DNA of 64,000 bases from Coriobacteriia bacterium (lineage in GTDB: Bacteria > Actinomycetota > Coriobacteriia > WRKU01): positions 11,205 through 75,204 of the forward strand of contig WRKU01000002.1 in NCBI GenBank assembly GCA_009777935.1, in the 5' to 3' direction. The position numbers and the translations under genes were made by a program. The notes beneath the pieces were generated by a model. That model searched no databases and had not been told where the DNA came from. It worked only from the letters and a program-made list of their open reading frames with translations. This document shows, in pieces, positions 27,998 through 37,119 of the stretch (within the stretch, counting starts at the first letter, position 1; every line of letters starts with the position of its first letter).

Positions 27998-30033
27998 TGC
28001 TTGCTCTCATGACTCTTGTGCAACGCACGATTGAGCAGCCCCAGCTTTTTCTTATTGTGTTGCTATTTGCCGGCGGCATTGCCGCAACGGCTCTTCTGGT
28101 GCGCATAAGATTTGAGCTGGCGGCACCCCTCTTTTTTGCCGGAGCCACCGTAGGTCTGTACGGCGTCTCGTTATTCGGACTATTGCAGATTGGGTTTTAT
28201 CTCGTCGCGGCGTACTGCATTGCTGGCATCATCGCTACGGTTGCGACATGCGCGTTACCTTCTCGACGCGACCGAGCAAAAGAACTTCTTCTTACTCCGG
28301 GCGCGCTTGCTTTCGTGCTGACCGGAACAATACTTGTCTTCTATAATTCTGTCTCGCAGGTCAGCGCGTGGGATGACTATGCGCACTGGGGGACCGCCGT
28401 TAAGGAGATGGTACGCCTCAATGACCTGTACGTACGTCCCGATGCAGGGTTACCGTTTGCACGTACCTATCCTCCCGGGCTTAAGCTTATCGAATACGTG
28501 GGCTCAAAGATGACGGGTGGGTTTTCCGAACCGGCACTATTCTTGTCATTGCAGCTCTTCAGCCTCTCATTCATTTTGCCTTTATTCGCAACGACGCAAC
28601 TTAAAAAGTATACACAGTGGGTATGCCTTCTGTTGGTGTTTCCTCTTTTGATACTGATATCACACGATGGTTCTCAGCATCTCTTCATATCGCTGTACGC
28701 AGACATCCCGATGGGATTGGTATTCGGGTTTGGGCTCTATCTTTTGCTTACCAAACAATACGACGCTCCGCTCAAGACCGTACTTCTGTGTCTTGTTGCG
28801 GTACTCTTGGTTCTCGTTAAAGAGATAGGGCTTGTGCTTGCCGGTGTTCTTGTCATTATGCTTGGTTTGCAGGCGCTGTATGAGTGGCGTGTTTCGCGCA
28901 CCTCTTTGAGTTCGGCAACGCATCAACTCGTCTCTGTGGCTGCGGTGCTGGGCTCGATTGTTGCCACAAAGATGACATGGTCGTGGTATCTGTTGAACTT
29001 CCCCAATCGACACGATGGGGATGTATTTCGTTCGACGTCAACGATTCAATCGGTCGTCGACTTCGTGCTTGGTAATGGGCAGGAATATCAGTACGAGACA
29101 CTGTGGAGATTCATAGGATCTTTTGTACAAACCATGGTATTACGGATGACCGGCACGACGATGCTGATGCTGATTATTGTCATTATGTTCGCAGCCCTCT
29201 GGTATCAACAGAGACACAAATCTCAGGAAAAGCGTATTCTTGTCGGGTGGCTATTCGTGGGGTCAATGGTGGCGATTCTGTTCTACTCGCTTGCGCTTCT
29301 TGCGGCGTATTTGTTTACCTTTGCCCCTTACGAGGCGGTTGAGGTGGTGGTGTATTCGCGCTATATGGTGACCCTTTACGTTGCCATTGGTGTTTTCTGG
29401 GGGTTGACTCTTTTTGAACATCGCACGTCAAAACACTCTCGGTTTTCCCCTAAGCAAAGCATGGTTCTTGTGCTAGTGGTCCTATTAGCGGGTATGCAGT
29501 TTTTTGTTCTGGAGTTTTCTCGCCTTAAGGTATTTGGACGCGAGGCAAGTTTCGAAGAGGCGTTCTGGGCAGAGCGTCCTGTGCTTAAGGCTCTATGGGA
29601 TACACCCGAATCATCTGAAGCCAAGGTTTACATGATTGCGACCGGTACACTCGGGCATGATTTTTATACCACGCGATACTATGCGTCCGGCATCCCGATG
29701 AATGAATTCGGTCTGTATTGGATAACTCCGCGCCCATACGGGGGAGGCGACACCGGTATGCTCGATCGTTTTGCGACCGTGATGTCTCGAGATGAATGGG
29801 CTCAACTGCTTATTGATGAGGGATATCGTTACGTGTGGTTCGGTGCAGGACCCGATGACGAGGCCTACTATTCGGTAAGCCCGGAAGAACACGAGCGATG
29901 GCGTCATGTGCAAAAAGAGTTTATTGAGGAGTATGGCTCTCTGTTTGAGAACCCTGATGATATTAGACCTTTCACGCTCTTCGAGATTCGTCCTCGTAAA
30001 GGTGGCGGAATCGTGCTAGTAAGAGTCGGATAA
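27997..30033 (+). CDS. Large polytopic membrane protein, possibly a GT-C-fold glycosyltransferase or polysaccharide-modifying enzyme
   Basis: 678 aa with at least 12 TM helices, an early extracytoplasmic 'SAWDDYAHWG' loop and a roughly 170-aa C-terminal soluble domain. Assignment is tentative. Confidence 0.4.
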   Translation: MLALMTLVQRTIEQPQLFLIVLLFAGGIAATALLVRIRFELAAPLFFAGATVGLYGVSLFGLLQIGFYLVAAYCIAGIIATVATCALPSRRDRAKELLLTPGALAFVLTGTILVFYNSVSQVSAWDDYAHWGTAVKEMVRLNDLYVRPDAGLPFARTYPPGLKLIEYVGSKMTGGFSEPALFLSLQLFSLSFILPLFATTQLKKYTQWVCLLLVFPLLILISHDGSQHLFISLYADIPMGLVFGFGLYLLLTKQYDAPLKTVLLCLVAVLLVLVKEIGLVLAGVLVIMLGLQALYEWRVSRTSLSSATHQLVSVAAVLGSIVATKMTWSWYLLNFPNRHDGDVFRSTSTIQSVVDFVLGNGQEYQYETLWRFIGSFVQTMVLRMTGTTMLMLIIVIMFAALWYQQRHKSQEKRILVGWLFVGSMVAILFYSLALLAAYLFTFAPYEAVEVVVYSRYMVTLYVAIGVFWGLTLFEHRTSKHSRFSPKQSMVLVLVVLLAGMQFFVLEFSRLKVFGREASFEEAFWAERPVLKALWDTPESSEAKVYMIATGTLGHDFYTTRYYASGIPMNEFGLYWITPRPYGGGDTGMLDRFATVMSRDEWAQLLIDEGYRYVWFGAGPDDEAYYSVSPEEHERWRHVQKEFIEEYGSLFENPDDIRPFTLFEIRPRKGGGIVLVRVG

Positions 30034-30107
30034 CACCGATAATGCTACAATAATGGGCTGAGCATACGAACACGTAACGCATCGAACTCAAAGGAGAGCC
30101 GACCCAC

Positions 30108-31001
30108 ATGAAAGGCATTATTTTGGCGGGAGGATCGGGCACACGCCTCTATCCGCTGACCAAAGCAATCTCAAAGCAGCTTCTGCCGGTCTACGGAAAG
30201 CCGATGATCTACTATCCGCTCTCCACGCTTATGCTGGCTGGCATACGTGACATTCTCATCATCTCGACGCCTGACGACATCGGGCACTTTGAAAAACTGC
30301 TGGGGGATGGATCGAGTTTCGGGGTCTCGCTTTCATATGCGGTGCAACCAAAGCCCGAAGGCCTTGCGCAGGCGTTTATTATCGGCGAAGACTTTGTTGC
30401 CGGGAGTGCGTGTGCGCTCATCTTAGGGGACAATATCTTTTACGGCAACGGGCTTGGCAATCAGCTTAGGAACGCGGTGGCGAATGTCCAAGAGGGATAT
30501 GCCACCATCTTTGGCTATCACGTGACCGACCCCGAACGCTTCGGCATTATGGAAGTCGATAACGAAACCGGTGCTATCCTCTCTGTTGAGGAAAAGCCAA
30601 CACACCCCAAGAGCAACTACTGTATCACCGGCCTGTACTTTTACGACGAGCGCGTCACGGAATTTGCCAAGCAAGTTGAGCCTTCGGATCGCGGTGAACT
30701 TGAGATTACCTCACTCAATGACCTCTACCTGCAGGCAGGAGCCCTTAAAGGCGAGCTTCTGGGGCGTGGCTACGCGTGGCTTGACACAGGCACATTCGAT
30801 AGCTTGCTCGACGCCGGTGATTTTGTGCGCCTTGTCGAGAAACGTCAGAGTATCGTCATCTCATCTCCGGAAGAGATCGCGTATCGCAACGGCTGGATAG
30901 ACACCGAGAAGCTGGCGGAGGCCGCCACCGCATATGCAAAATCACCGTATGGGGAGTATCTACGCACTATTGTTGATGCGGCACAGGGAAGCACGACGTA
31001 A
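30108..31001 (+). CDS. rmlA: Glucose-1-phosphate thymidylyltransferase
   Basis: '[53 protein letters not shown]' is canonical RmlA. TACAAT and AAAGGAGAG lie upstream. Confidence 0.9.
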   Translation: MKGIILAGGSGTRLYPLTKAISKQLLPVYGKPMIYYPLSTLMLAGIRDILIISTPDDIGHFEKLLGDGSSFGVSLSYAVQPKPEGLAQAFIIGEDFVAGSACALILGDNIFYGNGLGNQLRNAVANVQEGYATIFGYHVTDPERFGIMEVDNETGAILSVEEKPTHPKSNYCITGLYFYDERVTEFAKQVEPSDRGELEITSLNDLYLQAGALKGELLGRGYAWLDTGTFDSLLDAGDFVRLVEKRQSIVISSPEEIAYRNGWIDTEKLAEAATAYAKSPYGEYLRTIVDAAQGSTT

Positions 31002-31561
31002 TGAAGCGCATCGACACCGCGCTGCCCGGGGTTATTATCCTCGAGCCGAAGGTCTTTAGCGATGACCGTGGCTTCTTCTTTGAGTCGTACTCGCAACGCT
31101 CTTTTGCAGAGTGCGGCATCGAAGCAACGTTTGTGCAGGCCAACGAGAGTTTTTCAGCACAAAAAGGAACACTGCGTGGACTGCATTTTCAGAACGCACC
31201 TGCTGCACAGGCCAAGCTCGTACGTGTTGCGCGCGGCGCAGCACTTGACGTTGTCGTCGATATTCGCCGTGGCTCTCCGACCTATGGACAAAGCGTTCAG
31301 GTTGAACTCACCGAGGACAACAAGCGCATGCTTTTTGTGCCGCGTGGCTTTGCGCATGGATTCCTTACACTGACCGATAACGTACTTTTTACCTATCTTG
31401 TAGACGCATTGTACGATGCCGCACACGACCGCAGCATCCGTTTCGATGACCCTACGCTTGCCCTCGAATGGCCGGTAGCTGAGCCTCTGCTTTCAGCAAA
31501 GGATAGTGCCGCGCCGCTGCTCAAAGACAGCGACTGCAATTTTGTGTTTGGAGAGATATGA
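31001..31561 (+). CDS. rmlC: dTDP-4-dehydrorhamnose 3,5-epimerase
   Basis: 'IILEPKVFSDDRGFFFESYS' cupin. TAATG overlap with rmlA. Confidence 0.9.
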   Translation: MKRIDTALPGVIILEPKVFSDDRGFFFESYSQRSFAECGIEATFVQANESFSAQKGTLRGLHFQNAPAAQAKLVRVARGAALDVVVDIRRGSPTYGQSVQVELTEDNKRMLFVPRGFAHGFLTLTDNVLFTYLVDALYDAAHDRSIRFDDPTLALEWPVAEPLLSAKDSAAPLLKDSDCNFVFGEI

Positions 31562-32544
31562 TGAAGATGCTTGTGACCGGAGGTGCCGGCTTTATCGGCG
31601 CGAACTTCGTGTTTTACCAGCGCGAACACTATCCTGACGATCAGATTGTCTGTGTCGACAGCCTGACCTATGCGGGTAACATCGAGACGCTACGCCCTCT
31701 CCTAGACGCCGAAAACTTTACGTTCTATCAGGACGATATTGCGGACCGTGCTGCCATGAACAGGATTTTTGCCGCCGAGAAACCCGATGTTGTCGTCAAC
31801 TTTGCCGCCGAGTCCCACGTTGATCGTTCGCTGGAAGACCCAGAGGTATTCCTGCGCACTAATATCATCGGTACGCATGTATTGATGGATGCCGCACGCG
31901 ACTATAACGTCACACGTTTTCATCAGGTGTCGACCGATGAGGTTTACGGTGATTTGCCCATCGATAGGCCTGACCTGCTTTTTACCGAGCAAACGCCGCT
32001 GTGCCCCTCAAGCCCGTACTCGTCGTCGAAGGCTTCGGCCGATTTACTCGTGATGGCGTACTATCGCACCTTTGGGCTACCGGTGACGATTTCGCGTTGC
32101 TCGAACAACTACGGGCCCTATCAGTTCCCCGAAAAGCTGATACCGTTGATGATTGCGCGTGCGCTCGCCGACGAAACGTGTCCGGTCTACGGGGCCGGCA
32201 TCAACATCCGCGATTGGCTCTACGTTGAGGACCACTGCTCGGCCGTTGACGCTATCGTGCGCCATGCGGAAACGGGTGCCCTCTATAACATTGGGGGCAA
32301 CAATGAGTATCGCAACATCGATATCGTCAAGATGATTCTCACGCAACTCGGTAAGCCTGAGGCCTACATCGAGTTTGTTACCGATCGTCTCGGGCACGAC
32401 CAGCGCTATGCTATCGACTCCTCCAAGATTAAAGATGAACTCGGTTGGGAGCCAGCTACCGATTTTGAGACGGGACTCGCCAAGACCATTACGTGGTACC
32501 TCGAAAATAAGGAGTGGTGGGAGCCACTTCTCGAGCGTTGCTAG
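31558..32544 (+). CDS. rmlB: dTDP-glucose 4,6-dehydratase
   Basis: 'MMKMLVTGGAGFIGANFV...' and 'YSSSKASADLLV' catalytic YxxxK. ATGA overlap with rmlC. Confidence 0.9.
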   Translation: MMKMLVTGGAGFIGANFVFYQREHYPDDQIVCVDSLTYAGNIETLRPLLDAENFTFYQDDIADRAAMNRIFAAEKPDVVVNFAAESHVDRSLEDPEVFLRTNIIGTHVLMDAARDYNVTRFHQVSTDEVYGDLPIDRPDLLFTEQTPLCPSSPYSSSKASADLLVMAYYRTFGLPVTISRCSNNYGPYQFPEKLIPLMIARALADETCPVYGAGINIRDWLYVEDHCSAVDAIVRHAETGALYNIGGNNEYRNIDIVKMILTQLGKPEAYIEFVTDRLGHDQRYAIDSSKIKDELGWEPATDFETGLAKTITWYLENKEWWEPLLERC

Positions 32545-32559
32545 GAGACGGTCGAGAAG

Positions 32560-33837
32560 GTGAGCGCAGCATCAATCACAGAAACACCAGCTGTTGACAG
32601 GCCTCTTCTGGGCGTACACGTCCTCTTTGTGGCAGCGTCGCTCGACACCAAAACGCGCGAAGGGCGAGAAGCACGTGCGCTTGCTGAGGCGGGTGCTACC
32701 GTTGAGTTTCTTGGTATCGGTGAAACGGTGCCGGCGCATCTTCAGGATACTTCGTTTCCGGTAACGCTGGTTCCAGATATAGGGATACCTCCGCGTTGGT
32801 CACAGCTGCGGTGGAAGTGGGCGTGCCACATCGTCAATAGGCTTTTCTGGATTCCTCGTATGAAGTTTCTGCATGCCAAGGGTGCGCGAAATCCTCTGCT
32901 TATCGAGAAGGGCAAGACACTTCGAGCCGACGTCGTACATGCAGCTGATCTCATGATACTGAGGGAGGCAGCATGTATTGCACGTTCTCTTAAGGCGAAA
33001 TTAGTCTATGACATGCATGAATACTGGCGTGGACACGTCAAAAGCCCGCTACTCGATACCTTGCCCGAATATGCGACACGTTTGATTGCCACGGAAAATA
33101 AATATATCTCGCGGGCAAACCTTGTTCTTGTGACGAGCGAGACGATGAAAGATCGCATTATCGAAGACCATGGGCCGCTACCGTGTCACGTTCTCTACAA
33201 TGCGCCGTGGACCTACGTGACAGCGAACACACCCGTGAACACACCACTTCGCTTTGTGCATCTTGGTGTTATTGTTCTTGATCGAAATATTCACGAACTG
33301 CTGAACGCATTTTCGCGGGTATACGGCGCATGCGAACTCCATCTTCATGGAGGGCTATGGGGCAATGTTTCGCCCGAACAGATGGATGAGCTTTTGGCAA
33401 AGTATCAAGGGACGTGTCCGGTATTTTATCATGGCGAGTATGCGCATAGCGATATCTCAACAATACTCGCCAACTACGACGTTGGCGTCTACACCGCTAC
33501 GGCAATCGATGGCAACTTCGATGTTACGTTGCCGAACAAGCTTTTTGATTATCTATGCAATGGACTGGCCGTCGTGATGCCGCCCTTTGAGTCGATTGAG
33601 CGCATCCTTGCTGACGCGCCCTGCGGTGTGACGGTCGATACATCGTCAACCGAGGCCATTGCTACCTGTTTGCAAGGGTTCGTTGATAGCCCTGAACTGG
33701 TCGAAGCATATAAAAAGGAAGCTGTCGCACATGCATCACAGTATGCCTATCCAGAGCAGGCGAAAAAGCTCGTTGCGGCCTATGCAGACATGATGGACAG
33801 AAATACGCATCGCATCGCACGGAAGGCGCGCGCATGA
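32560..33837 (+). CDS. Glycosyltransferase (GT4-like, GT-B), member of a four-copy paralog family in this locus
   Basis: GTG start. N-terminal 'LLGVHVLFVAASLDTKTREGREARALAEAGATVEFLGIG' resembles the N-termini of the genes at 46723, 47949 and 61638. Embedded between rmlB and rmlD. Confidence 0.65.
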   Translation: MSAASITETPAVDRPLLGVHVLFVAASLDTKTREGREARALAEAGATVEFLGIGETVPAHLQDTSFPVTLVPDIGIPPRWSQLRWKWACHIVNRLFWIPRMKFLHAKGARNPLLIEKGKTLRADVVHAADLMILREAACIARSLKAKLVYDMHEYWRGHVKSPLLDTLPEYATRLIATENKYISRANLVLVTSETMKDRIIEDHGPLPCHVLYNAPWTYVTANTPVNTPLRFVHLGVIVLDRNIHELLNAFSRVYGACELHLHGGLWGNVSPEQMDELLAKYQGTCPVFYHGEYAHSDISTILANYDVGVYTATAIDGNFDVTLPNKLFDYLCNGLAVVMPPFESIERILADAPCGVTVDTSSTEAIATCLQGFVDSPELVEAYKKEAVAHASQYAYPEQAKKLVAAYADMMDRNTHRIARKARA

Positions 33838-34712
33838 ACATTCTCATAACGGGCGCGGCAGGTCAGCTCGGCACCGAAATTCGCACACAGCTCCGCGAGG
33901 GCAAATCGGTTCTCGGGGCCTTGCCGGCTGCGTATACCGACGCGCAGGTATTCGAGGCCGATGTGCCGGAGGTCGATATCACCAATCCTGCCAGCCTACG
34001 TACCTGTTTTGAGCGTGCGCGCCCGGACATCGTCATCAACTGCGCCGCCTATACGAACGTCGATGGCTGTGAGACAGACAAAGATGCTGCGTGGGCGGTA
34101 AACGCTGACGGCCCGGAACTCCTCGCGCAACTCGTGCAGGAATATGGCGCGAAGCTCGTGCACGTGTCAACCGATTACGTCTTTGAAGGAGTCGGCTCTA
34201 CTCCCTACAAGGAGACCGACGCACCCAATCCGCAGAGCGTGTACGGCTCCTCCAAGCTTGCGGGCGAGCAACGAGTAGCCGAACAGTGTGCTCACCATTT
34301 TATTGTGCGAACCGCGTGGCTCTATGGTACTGCGGGGAAGAACTTCGTGAAAACTATCACGAATGCGGCGCAGGCAGGAAAAGAGCTGCGAGTCGTCGAC
34401 GATCAGGTAGGCTGTCCGACCAACGCGACCGATCTCGCACACCAACTTCTGCTACTGGCCGTAACCGACTCATACGGCACCTATCACTGTGTTAACGCCG
34501 GACAGTGCAGCTGGTTCGAGTTTGCCACACAGATCGTTGCTAATGCCGGCATCGATGCATTGGTAAATCCCTGCTCAAGTGCTGAATATCCTACGCCTGC
34601 GCGACGTCCTGTGTACTCGGTGCTTGACTGCACCAAGATTGAAGCGGTGACCAATGAATCGATGCGTACCTGGTTTGATGCGCTCGACGACTACTGCCAT
34701 TCGACGCGTTAG
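33834..34712 (+). CDS. rmlD: dTDP-4-dehydrorhamnose reductase
   Basis: 'MNILITGAAGQLGTEI...' and 'YGSSKLAGEQ' is canonical RmlD. Confidence 0.9.
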   Translation: MNILITGAAGQLGTEIRTQLREGKSVLGALPAAYTDAQVFEADVPEVDITNPASLRTCFERARPDIVINCAAYTNVDGCETDKDAAWAVNADGPELLAQLVQEYGAKLVHVSTDYVFEGVGSTPYKETDAPNPQSVYGSSKLAGEQRVAEQCAHHFIVRTAWLYGTAGKNFVKTITNAAQAGKELRVVDDQVGCPTNATDLAHQLLLLAVTDSYGTYHCVNAGQCSWFEFATQIVANAGIDALVNPCSSAEYPTPARRPVYSVLDCTKIEAVTNESMRTWFDALDDYCHSTR

Positions 34713-37012
34713 TTCCAGTTTTTGATGAGCTGGTAGAACGGGTTAGGGGTACCATCTGCATCGACAAGATTGAGATTGAAGTACGGATCCTCACGTACAT
34801 AGATCTCCGCCCACTGTACGTGCAGGGTTGCCCACTCTCTGAAAGATCGAGTGCGCTTCTCGAGAGTGGCTCCGTCGAATCCACGAGATACCGATTCAAA
34901 GTGGTAGAGCTCAACGCGTGGCTCATATACGACCAAGTAATTTTTGGCACGCACCTTAAGACAATAATCGACATCATTGAATGCGACCGTAAATACCTCG
35001 TTAAAGCCACCTACCTCGTCAAAGACGCTGCGTTTGGTCATCAAGCAGGCGGCGGTGACGGCGCTGAGGTTTTGTGGGCGTGACGCAAGCTGGATATAGC
35101 CACTATTTGAGGGGGGAAGCCCACGGTTCAGATGGATAGCTCCTCCCTTGCGGGAAAGGGCAACTCCGGCGTGCTGTAGCGTGTGGTCGGCGTAGTAGAG
35201 CTTTGCCCCAACGATTCCCACCTCATCACGCGCACATATGCCTAGCATGAGCTCAATCCATTCGGGAGTGATAACTTCGGTATCGTTATTGAGTAGCAGC
35301 AGATAATCGCCGCGCGCGTGCTTAACTCCAAAGTTGACGATCTTCGAGAAGTTAAACTCGTGTTCCCACGTTACCATACGTATCAGATGGGGATGTGCGT
35401 GGGTAAGGGCCTCGTATGTGGCAAACGTTTCAGTTTCGGTACTGTTGTTCTCGACGATAATGATCTCGTAGTTTTGATACGTGGATTTCTCGATAATTGA
35501 GCGTACGCATACATCGAGCAACTCATATTGGTCCTTGTTGGGGATGATAATCGACACAAGGGGAGGACTGTCAGGTAGCGCGTATGTCACCGTGCACGAT
35601 TCAGGGACGTTTCCTACGTCAACTCGTGCGGCAATGCCAAGACGGCTAAGGTGGTTTTTTACCGCGTCGATATCGGCCGAGACCATATGAGATGATACGT
35701 TTTCGTTAGGGCGTTCGTGGTAGAGCACCAGAGGTATGTGATGCACATAACGCGCCTGTTCAACTGCTCGTAGGATAAGATCGTGCCTTCGAGTGCTCAG
35801 GGTATCGAAGGATATCCCAAGTGTCTTGAGGAGGGATGTCCGTATACAAAGCAGGTGGCGGATATAGTCGCAGTTTCGCAGCAGGTCGATTGAGAAGTCC
35901 GGCTTGAAGAGAGGTGAAACATATTGGCCATCAACGATTCTATCGTGATCAGAATACAAGACATCGATGTTGGGGTGTAGGTCGTAGGCTTTGGCGCACT
36001 CAAAGAGGGCATTCGGCTCTAAGGTGTCACCACTATCGAGAAGACACACGAACTCGCTTTTTGCGGCCTCGATATCCGTGACGAGCTCCCATTGCCCATA
36101 GGTTTGCCGCATAACTGAGGCAAGTGTCTCATCGAAACGCTCCTGTGAGACGTGAGGCGAAGATATGATGATGCTAAAGAGGGGCATATTCGAGAACCGA
36201 TAGGTTCTCTGGTCTCTTAGTTCGATTGGCTTTGCACGATTGTGTGTAAGCCACTCGCCATAGCGAGAATCGTCGGCTACCGAGCGCACATCCAGATCGT
36301 AGCCGTGCAGCATTCTCTGGTACCCACCCTTATCGAGCATGATGAAAGTGCGGTACTGCGGATTATTTCGGTCGGTCAAGGTGAAGAGGTAATTCGTACA
36401 CTCAAGAGGTATACGCATCGAAAAGGCGTAGTCTCTTCGTTTTGATAAGGTTGCCGTAAGAGGCATAGCTTCGCCCTGATGAACAACAATCGGTTCCAGG
36501 GGGATTCTCGTCAGGTGTTCGCCATAGCACCTGATCTCTATGTCGTTGGTGTCCTCATAGGAAACGTCGACGAACAGGTGAAGGATGTTGGCGTCTGTGT
36601 CACGCTTGAGGGCAACAAATGCGACACCAATCTCTTCTTCGCAGGGCGCTTGTTCGGCGGCGCGCATATCGATGCAAAATGCAGGACGAAGGTAGTGGTT
36701 GAGGCGTCCTTCCCACTTTGCTCGTGCTGCGTCAACCTTTATCTGCTTTGTAGCAATCGGTTGTCCGTGCTCGTCCGTGGCGACAAGCTGGTACGAGAGT
36801 ACACGGATGCCGATGTCGGGCGTGACCATTACGAAGCAACGTTTTGCGTTGCCAGATGCTACTTCGCATTCGTAGAGGCGTCCCGGCACGACCACATCGC
36901 CCACCATAGGACCTTCAAGTGAGACTTTCACATCGGCGCCTAAGCCGCTGACAAGGAGTTTTGTGTAGATGTTACCGTCTCCTCGACAGCTTCCGACCTT
37001 CTTTACAAGCAT
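34709..37012 (-). CDS. Multidomain glycosyltransferase with two GT2 (GT-A) domains
   Basis: Two DXD-type GT2 modules ('FSIIISSPHVSQERFDETLASVMRQTYGQWELV', 'VSIIIPNKDQYELLDVCVRSIIEKSTYQNYEIIIVENNS'). The chosen start is the ATG at 37012, which has a GAGAGGTG ribosome-binding site. The ORF extends to 37111. The stop overlaps the rmlD stop convergently. Confidence 0.75.
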   Translation of the reverse strand: MLVKKVGSCRGDGNIYTKLLVSGLGADVKVSLEGPMVGDVVVPGRLYECEVASGNAKRCFVMVTPDIGIRVLSYQLVATDEHGQPIATKQIKVDAARAKWEGRLNHYLRPAFCIDMRAAEQAPCEEEIGVAFVALKRDTDANILHLFVDVSYEDTNDIEIRCYGEHLTRIPLEPIVVHQGEAMPLTATLSKRRDYAFSMRIPLECTNYLFTLTDRNNPQYRTFIMLDKGGYQRMLHGYDLDVRSVADDSRYGEWLTHNRAKPIELRDQRTYRFSNMPLFSIIISSPHVSQERFDETLASVMRQTYGQWELVTDIEAAKSEFVCLLDSGDTLEPNALFECAKAYDLHPNIDVLYSDHDRIVDGQYVSPLFKPDFSIDLLRNCDYIRHLLCIRTSLLKTLGISFDTLSTRRHDLILRAVEQARYVHHIPLVLYHERPNENVSSHMVSADIDAVKNHLSRLGIAARVDVGNVPESCTVTYALPDSPPLVSIIIPNKDQYELLDVCVRSIIEKSTYQNYEIIIVENNSTETETFATYEALTHAHPHLIRMVTWEHEFNFSKIVNFGVKHARGDYLLLLNNDTEVITPEWIELMLGICARDEVGIVGAKLYYADHTLQHAGVALSRKGGAIHLNRGLPPSNSGYIQLASRPQNLSAVTAACLMTKRSVFDEVGGFNEVFTVAFNDVDYCLKVRAKNYLVVYEPRVELYHFESVSRGFDGATLEKRTRSFREWATLHVQWAEIYVREDPYFNLNLVDADGTPNPFYQLIKNWN

Positions 37013-37035
37013 GAAACACCTCTCTGTGTATTTGC

Positions 37036-37075
37036 TTGACAACCTTTTAGTATTATAGAATAGAAGACTGGGATA
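37036..37075 (+). promoter_or_regulatory. Putative sigma-70-like promoter (TTGACA plus a TATAGAAT-like -10) in the divergent intergenic region
   Basis: 'TTGACAaccttttagtatTATAGAAT' in the AT-rich 107-bp gap between the divergent genes at 37012 (-) and 37120 (+). Confidence 0.3.
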
Positions 37076-37119
37076 TGTGCGGAATACCAAACATATCGAT
37101 AAGATGACCAAGGAGAAAC

